A stretch of 64,000 nt of DNA, taken from NCBI GenBank assembly GCA_001949185.1, contig BDGG01000006.1, positions 1,656,827-1,720,826 on the forward strand. The letters run 5' to 3'. The notes below the pieces were generated by a model. It did no database searches. It was given only the letters and a program-made list of their open reading frames with translations, and was not told where the DNA came from. Made by a program: the position numbers and the translations under genes. This DNA comes from Ramazzottius varieornatus (lineage: Eukaryota > Animalia > Tardigrada). Of the stretch, positions 39,257-51,853 are shown in pieces. Position 1 is the first letter of the stretch. Each line of letters opens with the position of its first letter.

Positions 39257-40972
39257 TCACGTTAAATCTTCAAGATCGTCCTTTAAAATTTCCAACGCTT
39301 CTCGTGAAGATTGCAGCCGTTCTTTGGCCGTCTCTTTCAACGCGGCAAGATTCTTCGCTGCTACTTGAACCTCCAGGGAAATGTGTGCGATACTGAGAGG
39401 ATCCCTCTCTGAAGTCGCCGTACCTGAAAGATGATACAGCGTTGACTGACTTTCACTATTCGGGATGGTCCGATGGTTGAAGCGTTAAAAGCGTAGGTAG
39501 TTCAAGCATACCCAATCAGATCGTTCTCCCAAGTAGCGCATGCTCCCAGCAAATATCAATCGAAACGTGTGCCACTTGAAACTATTTGGTCGAGTCTGTC
39601 TGCCAATATTACCTTGTCTTGTGTTTCTGAATATTGGGTCCTGGTTTTCATAAAGTGATAAGTCTTCCAGGAGATCGCGCCAGGTTGGTGGGACAGGTTC
39701 GTGTACACGTTCCGTGCTGTACGTCAGAGGCTTAGAGAAGACAGTGAAGTCGTGGGATAAATGTTGCCCTTCGGCTTCTTCCGCTGGGCTATCCTCGTTG
39801 TTATTCCCGGCCTCCATACCGAGATCGACGTACGCCTCCTTCATCTATGGCAAAAACACCTGCGCCATCAGTGCAGGTATCGAGGAAAAAGGAGTTAGAG
39901 AGCTTGGAAGAAATGACCGAAAAAACGTTTCAGGCTTTCAGCTCGCTTGTCTATAACAGCTAAGTCAGCTGACTGGCGACAGTGGTGTAAGGCCGTGTCG
40001 AGTACCCTGGGCGGAACAGGATACTTGCGGAAATCCTTCGGATTAAACGGTGAGTCGCTTGGGCCCCTTCGTAACCCAGGGGAAGCTACAATGTTGTCAA
40101 AGTTTTGAAAGTCCGATAAACCTAAAACTTTCCTTCCTATTCAATAGTCTATGCTCTATACTCGTACTTTTGATGTCTTCTTGGATCGATCAAGACGTGC
40201 GATATTGTCTGAACGTTCGTAGGGTATCCTTATCACAGTTGGCAAGTCTGGAAGTGGAGTTTGGTTCTGTCAGTGACTGGCAGACGTCGTTTGCCCTTTG
40301 TTGGGCTCTCCTCTAACATGCCTTCTAGCTTGTGATCATGCCTCTTCGGCTGTTTGAATCCACGCTTATGTAACCACGCTCGGTATCGGCACGGAAGCCA
40401 CGGATGTAAAAATCCTACTCTTCGCAACTCTCTGTAGCTTCTGTCGTGTAGGTATCCCTTGGAATTCCGCTGCTCTACTTTATGCTTGAACACTGCTCAC
40501 TGGGTTCTTTCCGTAGAGTGCATAGAGCTTGCGGTTTTTTTACCGCCGTCATGGATAATGATCTGAGACGCAGAGCTTCCGAAAGGCAACCCCCCGGAAC
40601 ACAAAGGTCGGCTCAACCGGAGGTAAGAGACGAGTGAAGTGAAGCATGGCCAGAGCCTCGAATTTCTCTAGATATTATGCCAAGAAATCGAATTTTATTC
40701 GAAGTCGACGCGTGATGTCACTGCGGTTCCGTATTAGACCGTGTAGGTTTCGTGTACTGCTGTTGTGGTGCCGTGACGTCTTTGCGTGTGAATGAATTGA
40801 ATGTGTCGACAGTTTCTGGATTGAGGCTCAGTTCTGAATTTGATTGAGGGCGAGCCTGCAGTGCTTTCTGGTTGGCCACAAGCCTGCTGTTGGCATATCC
40901 ATTGCAGTTTCTCCGATCGATAGCATTCGATATTGAAGTCACGGCGCAAACTTCCCCACTCGACACATCCAT
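39257..40972 (-). CDS. Multi-exon gene of unknown function, tail-to-tail with SHOC2 and head-to-head with the CDS gene
   Basis: Successive minus-strand ORFs with splice sites: MDVSSGEV.., ELRRVGFLHPWLPCRY.., MKEAYVDLG..ERSDW|, and a terminal coiled-coil-like VRRLQREDPL..EILKDDLEDLT*. Internal joins not fully resolved. Confidence 0.5.
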
Positions 40973-41126
40973 CGAATCTCGTTTGATATCCCCTCTCTGT
41001 TTTCTTGTTTGCACATGTTTTAGTGCTTCCTTTACGACCTTGCGGACCAAGGGTTTGTAGGGAAAGCACTGAGTGGAGTTAGGACTAGACTGGCTGTGTT
41101 TTGAGTCAGACGACGATCGGATCGAT

Positions 41127-43564
41127 ATGGATAGTTCTTTATTGCCATCGTTCAACGTGTGTTCAATCTGGCAAATCCAATAAGTCTCTCGTTTAGGTGG
41201 AGAAAGATGCAGAAAGCGCAGAGGAGGATAACAATGTGGAGAAGTTGGAGAATGATCTGGAAGATACCTTGGCCCAACCCAAAGACAGTGAATTTGAGCT
41301 GGTCCTGGAAAAACGAGGCTTCTCCTCGCGGTAAATCGAGTAAGCTTGCTGTCAAGATCCATAAAGAAGATTAATGAAGGGTTCTTCGGTTATTGACAGA
41401 GCGAGAAATTGGATTACCAGATTTGTCTTCACGGTGGCCATGATCGCAGCGTTCTCCTTCGTCGTTCGACTTGGACCCCTATGGCTAATCATGCTGGTAC
41501 GTGCGTTAATCTCATCTTCTTTCGGTTCTGGAGTGTTTAAATTTAGAGAAGAAGTCAGAAAAAAATTCCACCAAAAATCGTACAAAAATTTAAGCGCTTT
41601 TTTCTGTGGGAACTTTTCCGAAGTGGCGCACGTCTTCAGTGTTATCGGTCGGCAACATGCGCCACCTGGAGGAATGATCCTGTTTCTGTTTGTTTAGATT
41701 CCAGTTATACTAAGGGATTTTTTCTTGTTGCAGATTGTGGTGATTCAAGTTCGGTGTTTTTACGAGATCATCAACATCGGCTATGTCATTTACAAAACTC
41801 ACGATCTGCCGTGGTTTCGCTCACTCAGTTGGTACTTCCTGGTCGCCAGTAATTACTTCTATTACGGCGAGCATCTTATTGAGTATTTCGGGGTCTTCAT
41901 TCGGAAAACCGTAAGCAAACCATCCTCTTGTCTCCGTTCGCCCCCTTCCACACTGCTCTTTCTCTATTGTGCGGTATACTCAGGGTCCTTTTCGTTTCAG
42001 GATTTCTTGCAGCCGCTCGTCTCATACCACCGTCTCATCAGCTTTGGCTTGTACTGTGCCGGCATCGTTCTGTTCGTGCTCAGCCTTCGCAAACACTACT
42101 ACTTCCGACAGTTCTCAATGGTACGTAGAGCTCTCATTTTCAACTTTGAATAATGGATATGAGCGCTCGGCAAACAGACTGAACACGTTTATTTCCCCGA
42201 AGTGGCGCACTTTTCCAGTGTTATTATCAATAACTGAAAGCGTGCGCCACTTGGAGAAACAGTCTTGTCGATTTATCACGTGGCGCACGTTTGCCGCATT
42301 TCTGGTCGGTAGCGTTCGCCACTAAAGAAAACAATCGGGTCGAGTTTTTTAGCCGAATTCTTATACGGATGGTACTGTATCCTCGTTTGCTTCGTAGTTT
42401 GCGTGGACGCACATCACACTGTTGATAGTCAACTCGGCCGCGTACTTCTTCGTGCAAAACATCTTCCAAGGCCTGATATGGTTTTTGGTCCCTGTATCGT
42501 TGATCATCTGCAACGACATCATGGCCTACATGTTCGGCTTCTTCTTCGGAAAGACCCCGCTTATCAAGCTGTCCCCGAAGAAGACGTGGGAAGGCTTCAT
42601 TGGTGGTGGATTGTCCACGGTCCTCTTCGGCGTCATGGTACCTATCGCACCCTACCAATTTTATTTTTAACTCTCTCATATGGCCACTGTTACTTCCACA
42701 GGTTTCCTACATTCTGATCCACTATCCATACTTTACCTGTCCGTTGGAGTACTACCACGACGACACCGTGCGACCTAACGTGGACTGCACGCCCCACTTC
42801 GCTTTCGAGCTGCACCAGTATGGACTACCCAAGATCTTCCATTTGGTAAGCACGACCCATTCAATGTCAAAAATGAAAGCTAGATGAAAACAAAAAAGGG
42901 GGAGCTTGGCCAACGGACTCTACGAGATGTTTTTTCGAAGTGGCGCACACTCACAGCCAATCACACCAGTAGCGTGCGCCACTTGAGAACTCTAGAAGAT
43001 TCGTGCAGCCAGTTGGCGCACACTGGCAGCCAATCACACCGAACAAGTGCGCCAGTTGGAAAAAAGGATTATATCGAGCCTAGTGTGCTCCTTGTAGGTT
43101 GGAATGAAGAACATAATGGCATACCCGTTCATCTGGCATTCCATCGCCATGTCACTCTTCGCTTCGGTCATCGGACCGTTCGGCGGATTCTTTGCCAGTG
43201 GCTTCAAGCGCGCATTCAAAATAAAGGTACAGCAAGAATGCGACCGAGATCCTCTTTCGTAATTTTTCTGACATTTTTCGAGCGTGGTATTTCGTTGCAG
43301 GATTTCGCCGAGTTGATTCCCGGCCATGGTGGAGTCATGGACCGTTTCGATTGTCAGATCCTGATGGCGTGCTTCGTCAATGTGTACATCCGCTCCTTCA
43401 TCCGCGTCGCCAATCCACACAAGCTCTTCAGTCAAGCCATGCGGATGGAGGCAGTTGACCAGCTGATACTCTTCAACTCGCTGAAGAACTACCTGGTCAA
43501 TAACGGGGTGCTACCGGGTGAAGACCAGGCGGTGTACCTAGATCAGCCACCTGTCATCACATAG
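41127..43564 (+). CDS. Cds: Phosphatidate cytidylyltransferase (CDP-diacylglycerol synthase, CDS1/2 family); start uncertain
   Basis: [98 protein letters not shown]. Confidence 0.96.
41621..43057. repeat. Five GTGGCGCAC palindrome units in three introns of the CDS gene (41621, 42200, 42279, 42938, 43011)
   Basis: Arms AAGTGGCGCAC / GTGCGCCACTT with spacers of 25, 31, 25, 25 and 25 nt. Confidence 0.85.
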
Positions 43565-44052
43565 AGTTGCACTAGTTTTTCAGATGTACTGTAGCTTATA
43601 GATCAATTGTTTTTCAGCAGCCAATTATGTCTTGTTTTTTATCGTATAGTAGAGTCTTTATTGGTAGCATCCAGCGGTAGTATTCTTTCTGGTGCTATGC
43701 AGTACTAAGGCTCTAATTTTGTGCACATCCTTGACGGCTTTATTGTAAGCCAAATTTATACCAAATGTCTTTGTCCGTATTTGTACGCTAATATCCTCAT
43801 TGCCAGTTGACCATAAGTTTTTCTTGGCGAAGTTTTGATCTATAATGTCTCGGTCAGGATGATGGTACGATGCGATAAGGTGTACGTACAAAATCAGGCC
43901 TGTGATAAAAAGCTAGCTGCATTAGCCGCTAAAAAGTTAGCCGGAGAGAGGGTTTAAATAACTGGGCGTTTACAGCAACCGGAAGAGGAAAGTTGAGATA
44001 ATTCCGGAAAGAAATATTATCCATGAGATCCATAGGAATAAGTAAAAATCAG

Positions 44053-44100
44053 CTGCTACTGCTACCACTTCCGCTACTGCTACTACTTCCGCTACTGCTT
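44053..44100. repeat. Short (CTA/CTG)-rich repeat with an 18-bp period in the neuropeptide 3' region
   Basis: ctgctactgctaccacttccgctactgctactacttccgctactgctt. Confidence 0.6.
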
Positions 44101-44188
44101 CTGGGGCTCGTTGGATGCTGAGGCCGCTGCTACTCTTGATCTCAGCATGGCTTCATGGAAGCCGAATATGGTGCTGGATTTCTGTTGT

Positions 44189-45563
44189 TCATCGTCCATA
44201 ACAGGACACCGAGTTGAAATAACAGAGTATGGAGCGACTCTTAGCATCCAGACGTTTGACGGGAGGAAGCACGCGGAAGTTGTCCAGGTACGCTGACTTG
44301 GACGAGCCCGATGGAGAGAGACTCGAGCTCATGTCGTTGGCTTCACTGCTGGTCCAGTAGGCCGGTGCGCTGCGTCGTAGGTATTTCCCAAAGGCGCGGT
44401 TTGATCCCATAAGCTGTAAGTACAGGAAAATCCAAATTAGAAATTGTAATAAAATTCCATACGATTATCTCAGATTACAGCGTGCGAATTCTTTGAATTC
44501 AAAAACGGTTCAGCGTTGAGTCAAGGTGATTCAGTCGAAACGTTCCCGGATCGTCGAAGTACCGTGTATCGTGAAAGTCAACATTTAAAGGCGTACATTG
44601 AAAGGCTAATGCGTGTATGAGAGGCATCATTGTCCTGGATTTTGTTCCCGTAATCGCCATCTAAAGGCCCGGTAATATCCATAATAACAGCCCTGTGTGT
44701 TTGCCCATTGAGCCTCAATATTGGCCTGGGATTGCGAGTCGCACACGGTCAACAAGGAAGCCGGTACGTTGGGGCTTAGCGGCACCCATGCGTGTCACTG
44801 TGGTGAAACGGACGTGTTGTTGCCAACAGAATCTTGTGTGCTAGTAGGAAATATGATGTAATGGTGTTAGGTAATGTGCGTAACCTACAAATCCCTCCTG
44901 GCACCCCGGTAAAAAAACACTCTGTTTTTGAAAAATATAATTGTCAGCTCCATCCCGTCCAAGTCACCTCAGCGCTACGGTTTCCTTGTTATACGTTCAG
45001 CCATCCCCTCGAGAAATCGTGAAACCTTCAGGCCGAAGCTCGGCTTGATGTGACGAGTTCTCCCTTACATGAAGCTATTGATGATTCGTCGCTCGGACAG
45101 GATCTCCTGTGTCAGTAATGAAGCAATTGTGTAACTGGGTCGTTGAGCGGATGAAGTCTGTCAAGGTTCTCACCGGAATCAATTTCACAAGGCGGAACAA
45201 CCTCCGCTGGCCGTCTGGGGACTCGATTACTTCGGCCGGGAGCTACTGAAACTAACAAGGGGGTTCCCGACCGAATTAGGACACTCCCAGTTGCGAAATC
45301 CCTAACTCATCATCTCCTCATGGGGCCGCCGGTATCTAAGACCTGGTAAAGCTGTGGAATGGTCGCTCTTAGGGACGAATTGCTCGACAAAATGACCTCG
45401 ACCAGCAGTTTTGAAGTATATCGAAGTCATGTCCATATCGAAGCATGCTTACCTTTGGGTTCGCCAGTAGTCCTTTCAAACTGTCGTCCATCGAAGAGGC
45501 ATGACACACTTGGGAAGTGAGTAAGGATAAGAGGAATAAGGAATAGACGGCTGCTTTCGACAT
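44189..45563 (-). CDS. AstC: Allatostatin-C/somatostatin-family neuropeptide precursor; exons 45563-45453 and 44413-44189 (~111 aa)
   Basis: Signal peptide MSKAAVYSLFLLSLLTSQVCHA; phase-0 AAG|GTAAGC..TTACAG|CTT intron; C-terminus KR-LDAKSRSILCYFNSVSCY-GR* with the C-YFNxxS-C ring. Confidence 0.88.
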
Positions 45564-47590
45564 GTTGAATGACGAAGAGCACATTTCTGTTGGAATAAGG
45601 CGAATGTTGAACAGACGTTCAGGAAAGTGGGAGAACAACGAGCAGCGATAACGTTAGAGTGACAGATAAGGACGGCGTGCGAGAGGAGTGATCACAGGTA
45701 GATCGAAATTTAAATGAGCCGTTGTTGTAGCGGTCCTAAAGCGGCAATGACAGTTAGGAAGCAGGAAGTTGTCAACTAATGTTGTGATATGCGATAAAGT
45801 ATCTTGTCATCAGGGACACTTGATTACCCGCCGATCCTCGCAATGATACAGACCAGGAAGAGATTAACTTCGCTCTGGTTAGGCCTTATATGTATTTCAG
45901 CACTGATGATCGATGACGTCTAAGCCGCAGGTGAAGGCCACTATCACAAATTCAAATAAACTTTAAAGTGTGAAAAACGGTGGAGGCTAAAATACAGTTG
46001 CTCTAACGACCTGTTCTTATACTTGGGCCGGTTCCAGCTGTAACGTCATTGTACTTGGTGGGCTGTGAGTCAACGCGCCGTACGTCAAATGGGAACCTCA
46101 GTGTACCGGGTGTCGAGAGCTGGCCAACCGGATCATAACGAGAAGGCTGAGCGGGTTCTCGCAAAATGTCAAAGTGGACCGGGATGAGCTATAATCAACG
46201 GGGAGTTAAAGCTACTTCCGCCCTGATGAGCAAGATGTATTGGGATATTACGCTATACTAGGTTACTGTGACTGCGCAGGTTTCTTCCCCATTTCACGCA
46301 GAACACTTTGAGTTACTTGAGGGACGTCATTTCGGTATGTTAATACCGGTACTGCCACCTGAAAGGGAGGTTACGCCTAGACAAATATAATGTGAGAATA
46401 GCGTGGGCAGAAGGTCCAGCCCGTCATTACACCATGGGGACGGGCTAATCTCGAGTGCAGCGCATCCTAATCTGTACAGGAGGGGAATCCAGTAATTTTC
46501 GTCACTGGTATAGTCAACCCGTATAGCTTGGAATTTCCTGATTGTTAAGTTGTTGTCGAAGGTTGGTTAAAGTTTACGACGACGAGGTTGCGTCCTAATG
46601 CGCGTATGTGGTTCAATGCTGACTACACATGGGGATGTTTCCCTCAGATCGACCTGTGCACGGAAGCGCGATTGCCTGCCACGCCCAAGAAGCAAAAGGG
46701 TCCCATGTCGATAGCTCGCATAGTACTGTACCTCCCTAAACTGCTGACAATTTGCGCTTGCGTTCTACAGCAGGTGACCTTTTCATATGAGATATTTTTT
46801 CTGGTGACATCGGGATCAGCCTCCGCGTCAGCGAACTAAGACGGAAGCGATTAACTTCGTAATCGAGCGAACTCGGGCATTCGAAGAATACCCCTTCACC
46901 TCTGTCCCCCTTGGAATAGACCCTTTCTACGGCTTTACTTCTGGAGAGAAGGTCGCGACGTAATAATTCACTTCAAAATTTGTGCTTCGATTGATTTAGT
47001 TGATTGGTCAATTACAGCTGGCCCGTGTCGCTTTCGCTCCGTTCCCCACATTTTTGTCCATCCCCACATTTAGGCCAGGCACGTGTATTTTATTTCCTTG
47101 ACAAAGCAGCCAAAGCTAGTGGGTTCTTCCGGTACGAAACACACGGACGCGTATGTCCGCTTACGCCTTTCTGTCTGTCACAGAACAACGCTGTAGGCTT
47201 CTTAACTTTTCTCTTGCCATCAAAAGTCGATTTTGTGACTCTAAAACACTTATCCACCAATGTGGTGTGTTCGACCCGGAATAGATCGCTTTTTTTTTAC
47301 AAACGTGGCAAGGAGTGTTGATAGTACCTAGCGTCGGTAGAGAACCAGAAGATGGCGGCAACGAGGGACTGGTGACTTTGCGAGAAATCAAGTACAACAA
47401 AGAACATCTGAATAATGCCGTACAGCTTAAAAAAACCCGCTGAAGTAGAATTTCAGCAATTAGCGTATCCGGAATGTGTCACCACCTCTCCACTATTGTT
47501 CATTGATTACACATAGGTGGGGCACTTATATGTTGCATTATACGGAACAAAATAAGTGGCACTGCCGATTTAAAGGTGACGAATGCGTGC

Positions 47591-50500
47591 TCATACTTGA
47601 AAGTGTGGCGCCGACATGAGTACCCCAATCGAGAAACCCAGGGTGAAAATAACAACGATCCACAAGAACAGTCTATCAAGAACCATGGCTGCGAACTTCC
47701 AATCGTTGGCCACTTCGTCGTTCGTGTCTTCTTGTCGTTGGCGGTTGGCAATGTAGCGGACCTCTCGAAGAATATCTTCAACGCCGGTGCACCGTGGCTT
47801 CTGTACCTGGGCCAAGAACCGAATCTGTGTTTTGAACATTCACATTTTTATTTCGTCAATTAGAAGGCCGGCATACAGAATGCATACAGAACCTTTAATA
47901 TCGTGACTCTACATGGCGCACTTTTTCATAGTTGTTGGCTGGTGGCGTGCGCTACTTGGGACATCGATATCAAGTGGCGCAGACTTCCAGCTCACCACAT
48001 GAAAACGTGCGTCGGTTGGGAAATCTATAGATATAATTCAAGTGGCGCACGCCTTCAGCCAAAACAGCTGTAAACATGCGGCACTTGGCGAAAGATCTGG
48101 TCGAACCTGTTAGGCTGCCGGCCTCCCAACTTGGCTCTCTTACCGTTTTGTTCGTCAGGTGTCTCCCATAGTGTCCATTGTGCTGCAGTCTGTTTTCGGG
48201 CACCGTAATGTTGCTTAAGCTGCGCATGTTGACCATAGACCGGTCGTCCAGGTCTAGGACATTGGCGAGGAGACTACAAGAACGAGCTTGCAGGTCGAGG
48301 GCGCTTAATGCGTGAGTGAGTTGTTTTTCGACATTGGCGATCGTCTTGGGACAACAAGTGTCGCAACTCGATTCCTTTGTGTCTTTCTTCTCCTTCAGCT
48401 TGGAGCGAGGTCGCTGGACCCGTAAAACGGCTGGCAGCCATACCAATAACAGTTTGCGAATCTGTAACAACAAGTCAATTGCAAAAAGCTGAATGCATGG
48501 TTGGACTCAGATATCTGTTTGTGTTTACCCAAGGATACATAATATGGGTGTCCGCCGTCCGAAAATGTACGTTGAGCACAATCACAGTTAACACCACAGA
48601 GAAGCCGGTCATCACCATGATCAGAGTGAAGTAAGTACCTGCAGCATCCAGCAAAATTAGGTCAGTGTCGGCGATTGTAATATATTCACCCAGATCGTCA
48701 TTCCGAGTGGCGCACGGTCTCGCTGTTATTGGCTGCACGTGTGCGCCACTTGCAAAACTGATGTGAGTGGCGCACGGTCTCGCTGTTACTGGCTGCAAGT
48801 ATGCGCCACATGCAAAACTGATGTGGGTGAATTCATATGCCGACGTTACAAGTTATAACTTGGAAGTGCCCTCTGGTGGTTATAATGTGGTGGAGACTAG
48901 ACCTGCCTATTAATGGAATAGCGTCTGAAGTGGCCGGCATCGATTCGGCGACGAGCAGCAAAAAGACAGTCAAAGAAAGCAGGATTGTCACGCCTGAAAA
49001 CAATCGTCAAGATCGCAATGAATAATTTGCAGGGTGGAAAAGTGAAGAGAAAAAGAGGGCGGAAGTACCAAGCGTCAGTTTTTCTCCGGATTCCACTGGC
49101 AGGCAAAAACCCAGCAGTGCGATGGAGCTGATTAGCGCACATGGGAGCATCAAGTTGAAGACGTAGAAGAGGACGCGACGACGAATGATAATGGTGAACG
49201 TCACATCAACCTGTCAACAGTAAAGGAAAAAAGTAGATGAGGAGCAAATAAAGACCGAAGGGTTGAAATTAGGGAGGAAAAGGTTACGCACGTAAGGTTC
49301 TGGACAACACGCATACGTGATGACGTTGCGTCTGGCTGGAGCTCCTGCATCCAAGAAGAGACTTATAACGGTTCGTCAGACTATGATTCCGATTACAGGG
49401 CTTCTACGATGACCGGCATACCAATTAGCTCCCACTCGCCATTGCTCATAAAGGACTGCAAGTCGGCTTCGTTTTTCTTCAGCTGTAGGTCGATCTTGTC
49501 CCCGTCGTAGCTCCAAGATCCAAACTGTATAAGCAACCCATTTTCCAATACTGTACAGTTTCCATGCCACGTGACAAAAGACGAGTTCCGCCAGAAGGAC
49601 TGCTACCTTGAGTGTGCAGTGTTGTTCGTCGAAGGGAAACCACGTGATGTTGATCTTGCAGGTACTCTTGAAGATGCCGGGAGGAATGTACACGCAATCT
49701 CCGGTACTGTAGACCACCACGTTTGAATGGTAGCTGTTGTCAAAATTTTCGTCCGCACTATGAAGAAAATCTCTAGAATATGGCACAGTGTAATGAAGTT
49801 ACAACATCCAAATTTATGGCGGGGCTACTGAAACTCGTCGCCTCGGAGATACAGTATGTTACAGAGTAAAGTCTATATTCTAATTCCTAGCTATAGCGTG
49901 CCTATGTATTAATCATAGGAAGATATGGGGGCTACTGTACCTGTTGTAGAGAAGGACATCGGGTCTCCAGACTTTTTCGGGGTTGACCCGAATGTCACTG
50001 AGCCCTCCGTAGTCACTAGCGTTCCAGACCAAGTTGTAGTCATTCCATTCCTGCAAGAGTTTTCTTTTTTTCTGAATGAACGTAATCTAAAGTTTATCGA
50101 TCGAGGAAAGTAGAGACGACTTCTTGAAACTCTCCCCTATCGTACCATGGTGATCCATAGTGTGCTCGTCAGCATCTGGTTTTTTTCATCTAATGAAACA
50201 TTCACAGTATCATATGGCGCTGGAGTGGGGGCTTGATTCGACATGGAGAAAACCAATAAATCCTAAAGTGTAGCGGAAAGTAGGGGGCACTTGCCGACAT
50301 CCATAATTTGTTGGAGTGTCAAGCCGAAAAACACCGGGTGGGACATTGATTCGTTGCGCACTGGCCGTTCCATTGTCGAGTAGTTGCTTCCTGGTCCGAA
50401 AAATTGGTTCAGCAGGCGTTTCTCATGGTGGCCCTGCAAACTTTCTGCAAAAGGTATGGCGTTAGTATATAGTCCTAATACCCAGCAGCTTCTGGCCTTT

Positions 50501-51160
50501 GAGGAATTTTTCTGTCATCTGTACAGACGAATATCACGAGACTGAAAAATGTTCATTCCTCTGTTGAGTAGTGCCATAATATTGGTCGAGCGAAAACAAA
50601 TTGCTGAGCTGGTGACAGTAGAAAAAAACCATGAGACTGATCGAAATCGGGGAGCGAAGCAAGATCCCTGTGTAGGGAGAGAAAACAGCTTGCGCGCAGA
50701 CTGGGAATGTCCAGCCAGGCATTTCATCCATCCATCACTGCCAGTTTTGCAATTAAGCTCTGCAAAACTCCCACAAACCGACAGAGTTTAGGTGGAAAAA
50801 TGATTTTTTACATCTCTTTCTCATTCGAGGTTCTTTACGGTTCGGAGGATGCAGAAAAGCATAGTACTTACCTTTAAGCCTGTCTGACCTGAATTGCCCA
50901 ACTCAGAAACTTCTCTAGACTGAGCGAGAGAAACATCCCATAAGCTGCTTTATTTTACTGCTAAAAGTCGGCATATGATAAATCATTATATTCCTTCTTA
51001 TTGCCGTTTTGCTATGGTATTATAAATACCAACATCTCCCCGTCAGCTGTTTCCGGACAACAGTGCAACTTGTTGGCTAGAATATAATCTCAGCGCGCTC
51101 AACCTTACCTTTAATGTGTACAACGAACAGGAACCAGACTCCGACGGATATGCTCTTCAT
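47591..51160 (-). CDS. CHRNA7-like: Nicotinic acetylcholine receptor alpha subunit, alpha7-like (~11 exons)
   Basis: Signal exon [28 protein letters not shown]; LQQIMDVDEKNQ; [13 protein letters not shown]; Cys-loop [15 protein letters not shown]; YACCPEPY vicinal cysteines; GEKLTLG (cation-type M2); [11 protein letters not shown] in M4. Confidence 0.96.
47911..48811. repeat. Tandem GTGGCGCAC palindromes in nAChR introns: three at 47911-48086 and a near-identical 60-bp dimer at 48705-48824
   Basis: Spacers of 25, 24, 25, 25 and 25 nt; the last two units are a recent tandem duplication. Confidence 0.85.
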
Positions 51161-51853
51161 GGCTTCTTCCGGGTCCTTCTCTGGTACAACATTTCCGAGG
51201 TGGTCGGACGACCTCTACGTGCGATCGCTCACCATGTCAAACGGCAGTTCACGGGATAATCCCGTCTATTAAACAACAGCCTGTTCATTCGGGGTCTTTT
51301 CCGTTGGGTGTTCCACAAAAGCAATAAATCGTCAAGTGGTCTTACGGTCTGCTTCAGTACCGGAAATTCCTGCCGCTAAAACAAAACGTTATCAAAGACA
51401 GGAGACCAAGTGTAAGACGGCAAACTCTTTAGGGTAAGCTGTCTCAATCCTCAATAGTTCCACAAGAGGCCGCGCGTGAGGCTCACTGAGGGAGGAGTTC
51501 TCCCCTGAAATCCATCCACTAAGTACCATTGAGTAAGACCCCCTCAATCAGTTAACGTGGCAATCTTTTCCCCATCAGCTTCAAGCCATCCCATCATCAA
51601 AGCGGGAAAACGACGTACATACTTCTTCGGCTTGCTGGATTGGCCAACTCGGACGAACCCTGAGCCTCAATAACAGCGGAAATTATTTGCAGCGTGATAC
51701 TATCCTCTGGTTTCAAAACATTCCAGCACGCGCACAAACTCTGAAAATTTATTTAGCATAAAAACTAACGTATGGTCAATTGGCCATGTAAACACAAAGC
51801 ATCAGACTTGACGAAGACAACTCTCGGCAGGCTGAGCTGACTGGGGAGCAATA

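Noticed and set aside
47911-48824. CRISPR-like appearance of repeats with fixed-length variable spacers
   Set aside because: Eukaryotic introns, inverted rather than direct arms, mutually related spacers and no cas genes.
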